Shown here: positions 44,274 to 56,824 of the stretch, piece by piece
How the letters are laid out: each line of letters opens with the position of its first letter
Position numbering within the stretch: position 1 is the stretch's first letter
Assembly (NCBI GenBank): GCA_964016885.1
Contig: OZ024743.1
Coordinates: forward strand, 57,722,001 to 57,786,000
Origin: Eledone cirrhosa
Taxonomy: Eukaryota
DNA: 64,000 nt
Reading direction: 5' to 3'
Made by a program: the position numbers and the translations under genes
Notes under the pieces: model-generated
Told to the model about the DNA's origin: nothing
Database searches by the model: none
Seen by the model: only the letters and a program-made list of their open reading frames with translations

Positions 44274-44397
44274 TATATTTAAAAAAGAAAAAAAAAGACT
44301 CCAGTTGCATTTTCGATTTCATCTATTTTCCTTATACTTTCACTCGTGTAGGAAACCTCAGTTATTTTTCATTTTGTACAAAAAAACCTCACTTTCA

Positions 44398-44456
<59 letters not shown>

Positions 44457-44517
44457 TATATATATATACATATATATACATATATATATATATACATATA
44501 TATACATATGTATATAC

Positions 44518-44641
<124 letters not shown>

Positions 44642-44648
44642 ACATAGG

Positions 44649-44680
<32 letters not shown>

Positions 44681-44827
44681 CATATATATATACATATATA
44701 TATACATATGTATATATATATATATATATACATACATACATATATACATATATACATATACATATATATATATAAACAGACACACACATATATACATATA
44801 TGTATATATATATTTATATACATATAT

Positions 44828-46113
44828 GTAGGAAGAAGCTGCCTTACGCAGCTGTTACGACACTATCAGTGGGTACTGAATCAACTGCTGGACAGCTCAC
44901 ATGTTGACGTGTTATATCTTGACTTTGCGAAAGGTTTTGACAAGGTCCACCACGGAATGATATGTCAAAAACTACACAGACTCGGCAGAACTGGAAAATT
45001 TGGTGACTGGCTGCATGAATTCTTAAAAGACAAGACTTAAAAGAGCCAGACTGTTGCAGCCCTCTCAGAGGAAACATCATTAATAAGTGGGCTGCCCCAG
45101 GGCACAGTCTTGGGACCACTACTGTTTTTGGTACCTCTCAAATATATGCCCTCTGTAGTACATATAACATCCCTCACTAGCTATGCTGGTGACACAAAGG
45201 TAGCACAGGCAATCAAAAACCCGGCTGATGCTGCCATTTTACAACAAAATCTGGATGACATATACAAATGGGCTGAGGACAGCAACACGCAGTTTGATGC
45301 TGGAAAATTTCAAGCCCTACAATACCAACCTGCAAACACAAAGACAGTACAACACAACTACACCGGACCAGGAGGGATCAAAATACCCATGTCGAAATGA
45401 GAGTGGCGACAATGTGCTGACGACTCGCTGGCTGGATCTTGAGGATTTTCCGGTCAATTGACTGAGAGATCGTGTTGATACTATGGAGGACATTTGTCCT
45501 AAGTAACCTGGACTATTGCTTCCAGCTGTGGTCACCCCATAGTATCAAACCAAACACGAAGCTTGAGGCAATCTAACGAAGCTACACCAAGAGGATTGCC
45601 ACAATGAAGGAGATGAGCTACTGGAGGCGCTAAAAGAACTGAAACTCTACTCCTTAAAACAAAAACGGGAGAGATACGCAGTGATATACATATGAAGGGA
45701 CTAGCAGTAACTTTGGCATTGAGAGCTGGACCAAACCCCGAACGGGACGTCACTATATGGTGCCAAAGGTCCCGTCTTTCACATCTAGAATAAGGATACG
45801 ATATAGCAATAGCCTGGGTTTCAAAGGCCCTCAACTCGTCAACAAACTGTCAAGAAATTTGAGACATCTGCATGGATATTTTATCCGGATATTTTCAAGA
45901 AACATCTTGACACTCTGCTATCCAGGATCCCGGATGAACAACACCGCACGGTACGAAGGTAACCTAAGGGCAGCAGCAACAAACTTCCTCTTACACCAAT
46001 GACCAGCAACCACAGGCTGGAGATAGAATGTGTAGCAACATTGGTGGTGTGCCAGCATGGCCTCAGCCGGATGGCTGGAACAGGTAAAAGAGTAAAAGAG
46101 AAAAATAGTATAT

Positions 46114-46115
<2 letters not shown>
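44828..46115 (+). mobile_element. CR1-clade LINE RT fragment
   Basis: GRSCLTQLL...[49 protein letters not shown]. Contains stops and deletions, followed by (CA)n. Confidence 0.85.
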
Positions 46116-46208
<93 letters not shown>

Positions 46209-47018
46209 ACATTGCAAGTTTGAAGAATTATTAGATAAAACTAAATATATACATATATCCCTATGAATTTAATATATACTCCCGTAAGGTAGAGTAACAA
46301 TTTAGGCAGTATCTGGCTGCGCTTTCTAGCAACCAGACTACTCGCCGACTGGCAACCAACCACAACCTTCTACATTGACCACCCGCCACGAGATAATTCT
46401 TAGCCATTTTTGAATTCATTTCTGGAGGGGATCAGGTAGAAATTTTCTCTTGAGCTACAAGCCTCGTGGATAACTCCAGGATACGATATATCCGCAAAAA
46501 AGGAGCGAAACTGTCGGCAGTCGGGACTAGAGGAATTTTGGTAGAGTTTATATGCATTTTTTCTTCTAACTTATATTTTAGACCTAACTCCGTTTAGTTG
46601 ATTATTTGTCTAGTCAATTTCTACGGGCTAAAAGGAATGACTAGATAAATTTTATCTGGCTGTCCCTCGCGGAAAATACTCTGTATCATTTGTCTATTAT
46701 TTGTTCATAGTTACATTTTAAACTTATAGCCTCGATTAAATGATTATTTATGTGGTTGATTTCTATGGACTAGGGAGAGAAAAGACTGTATATATTTTAT
46801 CTAATAATTTTTCAAACTTGCAATTTTATATATAGTTCTGATTAATAATTATTTGCTTAATTAATTCTTTCATTGAGCCACACCGTGAGAGGTAGCGACA
46901 CTCATATATGTATCTATGTCTAAATATATACATATATCCCTATGAATTTAATTATATATATAAATATATATATATATATATGTATCTATGTCTAAATATA
47001 TAAATATATCCCTATGAA

Positions 47019-47060
<42 letters not shown>

Positions 47061-47065
<5 letters not shown>

Positions 47066-47409
47066 AAAAAGAGATGAAATCGAAAATGCAACTGAAATCT
47101 TATTTTTTTAAAAAAATATATATATATTTATTTGGTTCCTTTACCGGTTTTGCAGTTCTTCTGCTTTTCAAAAGGTGAGTTGAGATGGAGGGTCTGTGGT
47201 AAAAACCACAGACCCTCCATCTCAACTCACCTTTTGAAAAGCAGAAGAACTGCGAAACCGGTAAAGGAACCAAATAAATATATATATATTTAAAAAAAAA
47301 AAAAAAAAAATAAGACTTCAGTTGCATTTTCGATTTCATCTCTTTTTCTTTATACTTTCACTCGTGTAGGACACCTCGGTTATTTTTCATTTTGTAAAAA
47401 AAACCTCAC

Positions 47410-47415
<6 letters not shown>
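47061..47415. mobile_element. H6 palindromic copy with shorter centre; HHR at 47230-47267
   Basis: cctt TTGAAAA gcagaagaactgc GAAA ccgg TA aagg. Same tail as 41621-41682. A 3' fragment also lies at 44280-44400. Confidence 0.8.
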
Positions 47416-47467
<52 letters not shown>

Positions 47468-48759
47468 AAGCAAATTATAAACGTAAACATGTAAGTATGT
47501 TTTTGAAACGGTACGCGAGTTTGAAATTAGAAATTAGAAATTATAAGCTTTCACCGTATTTTAGACTAAAGAAATTTCTAGCCTGATAGTGGGGTTTATA
47601 ACCCTCGGAGAAATGGAAAAAGATGAGTGTTGCCATACATATATATATATATATAAGCTAGTGTGTCCCCTTCTCCTCTATGTAATTCTTCGCCTTGTGG
47701 AATTTCTCAGATCTAAATCTCAATCTTTTGAAGAATTCTCCTTAGATACTCAATTGGTGAGTTTCTAAATAAAAGGAAAAACAGATAGAAGAATGGTAAA
47801 ATATCGATATCTACTGTGTGAATTATATTAAATGACATTATTGATTTAGAATTAAATGAAATTCATTGAAATCAAGACTTTATTGCTCTTTACTGTTATG
47901 ATGATATATGTAATACTACCATGTCCTCTTCTGCGCATGCTGAATAAACCAATCAAAAGCCAGTATTCTATTCATCATACTACTAATATAAATCGGTCTT
48001 CTAGGAATTGTAATTTCAGAAAACGTTTCAAAATTCAGACAAAGAAAAATAGAATAACTGAAACAAAAACACAGAACACAATGAATTGTTTATTTTATTG
48101 CACACATGGAGACAGACTATCTCTCTGAATCTGAAAGTTCTCCATAATTTCAGAATAGTTATAATTTCAGAATAGTTATATTAAAAATCCAGCCTGGCTA
48201 AAAAAAAATCTATTTCATTAATGCCTGCAATAATCAGCGTTTGATGAAGAAGTTGAGAAAAACTATCATATAGTTTATAATTCAAAATGTATAAAGCTAC
48301 AGTTTGAGGTTAACAAGATCAAACTATAGTCCAACTGTTTATGACTATTATGCATGAAACTATAATCATATAAAGTAGTATAGTTAGGGAAGAACACATC
48401 GATCGTTCGGTTTTCTTTTGAGCCGTTTTTGTTTTACATTTGAAAAGAGGGTGTCAGCCCTGAAATATTATGTTCAAATATACTGGGTAAAACTTTACTT
48501 TGTTTTGTTTTATTTTTCATCTTTTGTCCTTTATATATTTCTACCGCATTGTACCGGCTATTTGAAACCTATCAGTCATATACTATAATCATATAGTTTA
48601 CGACTAGAATACAGTGCGTTAAACTATTGTCGTACTGTTTGAGAATATATTTCAAATTATAGTCATATAATTTAAGATTATGGTATGCGAAACTATAGCC
48701 GTAGCGTTTATGACTAACATATGTTATTCTACAGTCATATGGTTTATGATTTATTGTGA

Positions 48760-49012
48760 AGGTGCATGGTTTAGTGGTTAGGATGTTCAACTGGCGATCG
48801 TATGCGTTGTATCCTTGAAGAAGACACGATGTTTCACTTTACTCTAGTTCACTCAATGGGGAAAAATGTGAACGCTTTGTCACATACGGTGTCATGCTGC
48901 AAATCTCCGACAATTACGTTAAAGGCAAAAGTGTCTGTGGTATACACAGCCAGTGATGAGGTTGTTCTGTTGATAAAAAAAAACGGGATTACTCATCAGC
49001 GGAACTGACGAA
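48760..49012 (+). mobile_element. Degenerate tRNA-derived SINE (CORE-like)
   Basis: ggtgcatggtttagtggttagg A box. Related sequence at 8790-8990 (-), 14230-14640 and 38985-39130. Confidence 0.55.
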
Positions 49013-49330
49013 GGCTCAACATTGTTTATGATCACAATTCGCTGAACCGTTATGAGTCAATTGATTGACCAGAAAATATGATCAAAAGGTAATGTCTTAT
49101 GTGGTAGGCCAAATCTTGAAATTCATGAATCGGGGAGGGGGGAACTGTTGCCGCCCACCACAACTGAAATGTCTACAATAGTAAATCGTCATCGCTTAAT
49201 TAATTTGACTTAATAAGAATTGAATATGCTATGTATCACATGAGACATAGAGATATTGAAAGATACACCAGGATTTGTTAAGGTATCTAAAGTTTTAGTT
49301 CTATGTAATGCCGTATTACACACACATACA

Positions 49331-49391
<61 letters not shown>

Positions 49392-50735
49392 CAATTTATG
49401 TGTGTGTGTATATATATAAACACAGACACACATAGACTCACACACACACACACACACACATAGACACTCACACACGCACATATATGTGTGCGTATGTATA
49501 CAAATAAACATTTCTAAGCTTTCCTTCTTAAACATTTGTTTTCGTTTTGCCTTGTTTTGTCCGTTGTCTTCTTTTTGTTAATTTTCGTAAGTTTATTATT
49601 ACTAATCTGTAACGAACGTGTTCTCTCTTCTCCCCCAATAATTTCAATGGTTTACATTTTTTAACACGATATTTTACTTCCTTCTGCCTTTTCCTTTTTC
49701 CTTTATAACTTCCTTTGATTCCGGCTCACGCGACTACCGCTGCTATAAAGGCGTCACACAAAATTCTATTTGTACATGATATGGCTTAAATTCTATATGT
49801 TATTGTTTTGTCTTGTCTTCTACTATACATACAATGTTTTGGCTTGCGTCAGACGCTGTGGCCCCAGGTGGACTAGCAGTACTGTTGGTACGGGGTGAAA
49901 CTGCCAAATGTCCATTTCGACGGCTGAAGCCCTAGCTGTTCTGTGTCATTCGTTTGTATTTTTATTAATAAAAATGTTTTTTAAGGTTTCCCCTTCAAAA
50001 TATTTTCTTTTCGTTTTGCCTTGTCCTCGTTCGTTGTCTTTTCTTTGTTAATTTTCCTAAGTATATATATAAACAAAATTAACTAGAATATTAAGCTTTG
50101 AAACGCGAGTGTATTCGTAGGAAAATGGAAAAACTCGGCATAAGGAAGCTGTTAAAACGGCGTAGTGTAAAACATTACCGCGAAGGACAGAAATCAGCGG
50201 CTCAATGTGAGTTGGTTGAAAGAAATGATAGGAAGGAAGAAATATACTAGATGAGAAGAGATCACAAACATTAAAATACGCTTATCAGATTTCAGACACC
50301 CTACACTTTCAACGATTTACCTGAAATTACTGCGAAGAATATCTTCGTTATCGTCTACTTTTTTTCCCGGATAGCTATCCCTTTTAGCTATCAACGCACT
50401 GTGGTGAGATGTACTCTCTTTAATGCGTTCAAAACATTAGTGATCCACAGAAGACAGCCCGTGAGCGGGAATTATCCTTGTGATTGTGTTTCTCTCATAT
50501 TTTCTAAATAATGAATCTATCTATCTATCTATCTATCTATCTCGTATAGTATAGACGTGTATAACATCGGCTCCTGCCTTTTTTGAAATTTTACCCATTG
50601 ACAGTAAGTGTTTGTCTCTTTATTGTGTTGTCTTCGTGCCTTTTAACCACCCGGCTAGGTCTGTAGACGGGTGGTCATCGTATTTTTACCCCGTTTGGGG
50701 GTAAAAACTACTCCATAAAATTTTTGCTGACTCAC

Positions 50736-52554
50736 ATGGTAAAAATTGACGCCGTGTCTGCAGCACGTGTTGACGATAACGTCATGCTCACTAAGGAAGA
50801 AGAAAGAAAGAAACAAGCGGTAGAAAGCGTTTTGCTTTCTCGCGCCAACGTGGCAAAAGACTTAGAAAAAGGCGATATGCCAGATAAACAATTAAATACG
50901 GGTGCAAACCCAATTTATTACAACACAAACAATGACAAAACCAACACACCAAACGAGAAAGACAACAACAACAACAATGAAAACAATTCAAATTACGAGA
51001 AACAAAACAATTCAAACACCAACAATGAAAACAAAATATCTTTTGCACAAACGGCTAAAATATCAGTCACATATGTGCTTGAGGATATTTCAAATGCCAA
51101 AGAAATGCTTGAAAAAGCCCAAAAATATGTATCTTTTGGCGAAAATGGTTCTTTTTCTATAAATTCACCTCCAGAACTAAAAAAACAGACGGAATTACGA
51201 ACTGTCATATTCCGTACAATTTCAAGCATAACAAAAAAAACCAGCACAACCATCTCAAGCTGAAATTCAGTTAGTACTGAAAGAAGCTATGAAGGACATT
51301 ATTTTCATACAAAAGGATAAACTCTATGGGAGTTTATCCATATTGATGAAAGACGAATTGGCGGCGAAAAAATACTCTGTGTCGCCAATTCGGTCCACAC
51401 ACTACACCTTCTTCCCCACCTACATGGGTAAAAAAACCCAAAGAATATGGATAACCACCATCACCCCAAACATAAACTACTGGTGGTTACTAACCGGTTT
51501 CCTCAATTTAGACGAGGACAACCTCATATCAATAGGGAAGGCATCCGGCGACGCGTTCAGTGGAACGAGTATCGAAGTTCTGACCCAAATAAGGCCAGAA
51601 CGTATCGCCCAAATCCCTGAGCGCGTCATGCTGGATGACCGTACTCACCTCAACATTATTGTGGAGGGTAGGCATCCCTCCTGTTACCTCTGTGGCAATA
51701 GAGGTCACCTGAGGGCTGCCTGTCCCCAGCTCACACCGAAAAAAAACACTGCTACCAACACCCCAACAACCAACACCACCCCAACAACAACAACAAAAAC
51801 AACCACAACTACAATAACAACAAAAACCACCAACACCACCACCACCACCACCACAACAACAACAACAACAAACACGTGAAAAAACAACACAGAATACTGT
51901 CCCACCCAACTCCTCCCCACCCAAAACAAATACAAAAATACACACACCGCAAACACTACCAGAAAATATACCCCTCCCACCCAACAAGGAAGACGAACCC
52001 CTTTCGTCGCAAGCCGAAAAAGATCCCTTCCAAATAGTAAAAAGAAAGAAGAGGAGGCGCACCACAGACACACTTATTAACATTAACCCTCCCCAAGAGA
52101 AAACAAACAATATACAAACCACCCCTCCCCGTCACACAACACTAACTGCTACGCAAAAAAAGACTTTACAATATACATACATGAACACAGACAACAAAGA
52201 ACTAATGAACACAATTTCGGCAAACCCTTCGGTCCAAACTGAAGGGCCTAACTTTCTAACTGCTGTGGGACTACCTCATTTACGAATGATTAAAGTCCCA
52301 ATGAACTTATATAAAACATTGAAAATAAATTTCACGGAGGACGTGCCCCCCCCCCCCCCCCTGCTCCAAGCCAATCAACCGCGTCCTCCTAAAATTTTCC
52401 CAACCCCCACCCAGACACCCACTCAACCACAAACACCACAACCCCTCAACACACTCATGCCCCTACACTTCCACAAACCACCACCCCACCCAACAACCCA
52501 TCCCCAACCCTCATGGAAATTGAGCGGCCCGCTCCCCGGGACGCAGAGAGGTAA
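50736..52554 (+). pseudogene. Tx1-like ORF1 (CCHC zinc knuckle), frameshifted
   Basis: VEGRHPSCYLCGNRGHLRAAC (CX2CX4HX4C), followed by a Thr/Pro-rich region. Confidence 0.8.
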
Positions 52555-52578
52555 GTGCCTTTTCTCCTTACCACCAAC

Positions 52579-55500
52579 ATGGCTGTGCTAAGAGTAGGGT
52601 GTCTAAATGCGCGTGGCCTGGGCTCATCTTGGAAGCAAGCAATGATTCTAAATGACCTCAGGGCACGATCTATAAATCTGATGGTTATCTGCGAGGCCCA
52701 GATCAGCAGCATGCGACAGCTAGCCCCGACCTTTGATGACTTTGAGATGCACGCATCTCTCTGTCAGTCCGGAGTTGGGGGTGGGGTTGTCGTTCTGATG
52801 CAAAAACATCTGGGTCTCGCCACACAGATAGTTCACTTGGACCCGGCGGGTTGACTGGTGGTGCTGGACCTTGGCAGTGGTGAAGGTGGAGCCTTTAGGC
52901 TGGTAGCCGCATATGCCCCTTTTGGGACAGAGCGGCCCGACTTTTTCCAGCGTCTGGAGTCTTTTCTAGGGACGTTCCCTGCTTTTAGTGGGGGACTGGA
53001 ATGGTATCCTGGATGCACGTTGGGACTATGCAGGGGCATGTCCCGATAGAGAGGGGTGCAACAGCCTCAAGGGGTTACTCGGCCGATTTGACCTGGCCGA
53101 TAGATTTCGACTAGATTTTCCGACGGTGCCAACCTGGTCTTGGTCAAATCGTAGCGGTCAATCTAGATCGTACCTAGATAGGTTCTTAGTTAGAAATAAG
53201 GACAGGGACTTTTTAAGTTGTCCAGAAATGCTCATGGTTGGCTATTCAGACCACAAGTTGGTGACCTGCATGGTCAACCTTGATAGAACGCATAGACAGG
53301 GCCCCGGTTACTGGAAGCTCAACTTGTCCTTGCCGGCAAGTGGAGCTTACAGGGACCGGATTAGTACGTTAGTTAAGGAGCGGTTGACTGGAGCGATTGT
53401 CAACAGCAGGTGGTGGGTATCTCTAAAGAGAGAGATTAGAGTAGTCTCGATAGAATTTAGTAAGGTTCTAGCTGCGGATAGGAATAGGAAGGAAAGGGAG
53501 CTAATAGATAGAGTAGAAGAGGCAATTAGAAGCGGCGACGTGGCCAGAGTGCTAGCGTCGAGAACAGCTTTGAGCCAGCTTTTCGACGCGAAGCACGAAA
53601 GCTGCGTTGTCCGAAGTAAAATACATGCTCTAGGGAACGATGGGACTAAAGCTGTTAGCTGGGCCCGCGTGACAGAGGCCATGAGTGGAACTAAATCTAC
53701 CATCCGGTCTTTGCGAGACCAGGATGGATGGGCGATCCTTGAGCCTAAGCAGATGTGTGAGGCCTTTCAAAGACACTTTGCCCGACTGTTCGGAAGGGGC
53801 GGGGAGCCGGTTGGGGATGTGGACTTCGGTCCATACCTCGACGGCCTGCCGCGTCTCTCGGACAGGGAGGCGAAGTCTTGCGAGGAGCCGATTTCAGCCG
53901 CTGAGATAGAGGACGTGCTGAGCCAATGCGGCGAACGCAATTCCCCGGATCTCGATGGTCTTCCATACGAACTATATCTAGCTATGCCGGACTTGTTCCC
54001 CGATCTCCTCGAGGCGGTCTACTGCAACTGGCAACAGAACGGGAGAATTGTGCTGTGACCAAGGGCGTAGTCACGCTAGTGAGGAAGGACGAGAGCAAGG
54101 GGGACGAAATAAGTAATTTCAGGCCCATAACTCTGCTAAATACAGAGTTACAAATTTTGGCCAAGGTGCTAGCAAAGAGGTTGGCGCTTGTCGTGGGTAA
54201 CCTGGTGGGAGATGCGCAGACATGTGCTGCCCGTCCAGGTCCATCCATGACAACCTCCACCTCATGCGATACATCATAGAGAGGGTTGGGAACGAACCCG
54301 GCTTTTGTGGGGCTCTGATCAACTTGGATCAATCTAAGGCGTTCGATAGGGTCGACCATGGTTACCTGGATGCGGTGCTAGCGGCGGCAGGCTTCGGAGC
54401 CGTTTTCAGGGGCTGGATCACTGCTATGCATAGCAGCCGCATCTGCCCTAGGGTCAAGGTGAACGGCTACCTCTCGGAACCGTTCGAAATCGTGCGGTCC
54501 ATCCGACAAGGGTGCCCTCTCTCCTCCCTTCTGTATGTGTTGACTCTCGAGCCACTACTGCGGAAGTTGGAGTTGTTGCAGGGCATCCCTTTGGAACCGG
54601 GATTGTGGAAAGCGGTGTCGGCCTACGCCGATGACGTGACAGTAATGGTGACGACGGCCTCCGAAATTGGGGCGATCGGCACCTTACTGGAGGAGTACGA
54701 AAGGTTCACAGTGGCTAAGCTGAACCGGGACAAGTCGATTGGTTTGCAACTCGGCACGTGGAGGGGCAAACCGATGCCCTCCGATGGCGTCTTCGGACGC
54801 TGGACGAAGGGCCTGGTGAAGTTGCTCGGGGTCTGGTTCGGATCAGACCTCCAGGTGGAGAAGAACTGGGCTGAGGTTACGAACAGGTTGTTTGCACTGA
54901 CCCAGAAGTAGGCCAGTTGCAAACTATCCCTGAAAGGTCGGGCGGAGGTGGCGAACACCTATATAGCGTCCGTCATCTACTACCGCCTGACCGTCGTGCC
55001 TTGCCCAAGGGAAACCCTCGCCAAGATGGAGCGCGCACTCTTCCAATTCCTATGGAAGAAGCGGGCTCCTTTGGTGAGGAGATCCATCTGCAGTCAACAC
55101 CCTTCGAAAGGAGGGCAGGGGATGCCGTGGCTAATGATGCGTAAACACGCATTAAGGCTACGGCACCTCCATGTATTCCTCACCGGTCAACCGGTGTGGG
55201 CCTCGTTTGTGAGACGAACCTTTCCCAGACTCGCCTCACTCACCCAGCTGCAATCCTGGGTCAAGCAAAGACCGAGAAATCTGGGTGTCTGGCACACTGA
55301 GTGTGCCCAGGCGCTCACCGCCCTCTGGCAGGCGGACCCGGTTATCAGTGGAGACTCCACCGCAACATTCTATACAGGGCTGATACGCAGCAGGGGCGAC
55401 GACGCCCTCGGAGAAGCCCTAGACATGGAGGAAGACGAACTGGCCAGTTTGTTCGGTAGGACATTCAGCCCGGGACCTCTGGACAACTTCCAGAAGTCCC

Positions 55501-55997
55501 TGGTCTAGCAGTACTACCGAGGGGCTCTACCCGTTCGAGAAAAGCTCTACAGACACGGGCGCCCGGGTAGTGACACCGCCAAAAAGATCTGTCCCAGATG
55601 CGTGTGCGACGAGGAAACCCTTGCACACGCATTGGTACACTGCTCGGGCGTAGCCGATCTGTGGGGCTATGTCGAACACCTGCTGTCAAGGGTGGGACCG
55701 ATCCGGTTGACCACCGAGTCTATTGTAACGATCAAGTCCTTCAAAAACGAAGGAGAGGCGGTGTTTCTGTGCGTAATAGCCATGGTGAAAGAGGTTGTAT
55801 GGTGGACGCGTCTGAAAGGACTGAGGTCAGGCACCTTTCTCTCTGGCCAACAACAGGTCCGTTTCTTCCGATATCATTTCGGAAGAAGGATCAGGATGGA
55901 GAGAGAGGTGCTCCACCTCAGGCGTTTTTATGAAAGGTGGGTGAAAGTGGCGAGAATGACCCGTGTGAATGGGCCTTCTCTTTACATCAACCTGTAG
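52579..55997 (+). pseudogene. Tx1-like ORF2: APE endonuclease, RT, C-terminal zinc finger; stops and frameshifts
   Basis: LNARGL, YAP, GDWN, YLDRFLV, SDH, GYWKLN, FRPITLLNTE, LDQSKAFDRVDH, RQGCPLS, YADDV, CPRC...H...C. Confidence 0.92.
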
Positions 55998-56228
55998 GTG
56001 GAAAAGAGGAAGGAACGAGGGAGCACCCTCTCTCTGTGCTCCTGAGGAGAAGGGGTTGCACACTTTTTTCGGGGGTGTGTGCGACCCCCCAAACGCCCCC
56101 TCCCTATTGAGGACTTTATTGTTAATTTTATATTTGTTATTTGTTTTCTTTACTCGCCTTTTTATGTAAACTACCCCCATTGTACTTGTCCCACTTTTTG
56201 ATGCCCTGGTGGCAAATAAAAAGAAACA

Positions 56229-56300
<72 letters not shown>

Positions 56301-56808
56301 GCCACCCTCCTTCAAAAACGAAGGAGAGGTGGTTTTCCTTTGTGTGATAGCTATGGCGAAAGAGGTTGTATGGTGGACAAGGTTGAAAGGGCTGAGGTCA
56401 GACACCTTTCTCTCCGGCCAACAACTGATTCTTTTTTTCAAATACCACTTTGGAAGAAGAATCAGGATGGGGAGAGAGGTGCTGTACCCCAGCAAGTTTT
56501 ATGAAAGGTGGGTGAAAGTGGCGAGAATGGCCCGAGTGAATGGGCCTTCTCTCTATATCAGCCTGTAGGTTGAGGAAAAAGAGGAGGAGAGGAAAGGAGT
56601 ACAAACTCTTCGTACTCCTGGAGATGAGGGTTGCACATTTTTTTCGGGGTTATGTGTAACCCATATGTAATGTCTCCCTCTATTGGGGGAAAATCGACTA
56701 ATTTTTAAATTGCATTTGTGATAATATTTTACACGTTTTTATTGTATGTAAACTTCCCCATTTGTATTTGTCCCCTTCTTTTGTGCCGGTGTGGCTAATA
56801 AAGAAACA
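56301..56808 (+). mobile_element. 5'-truncated Tx1-like 3' fragment (copy B) in (TATC)n
   Basis: PPSFKNEGEVVFLC...RVNGPSLYISL matches the ends of copies A and C. (TATC)n lies on both sides. Confidence 0.88.
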
Positions 56809-56824
56809 TATCTATCTATCTATC

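Larger units (their letters stand above)
50542..56228 (+). mobile_element. Near-full-length L1/Tx1-clade LINE (copy A), inactive, flanked by (TATC)n
   Basis: Two ORFs, AATAAA at the 3' end, (TATC)n at 50515-50541 and 56229-56300. Confidence 0.9.

Noticed and set aside
48436-48473. acat TTGAAAA...GAAA ta TT atgt HHR candidate
   Set aside because: Very short AT-rich stems and an extra base before stem II. Could arise by chance.
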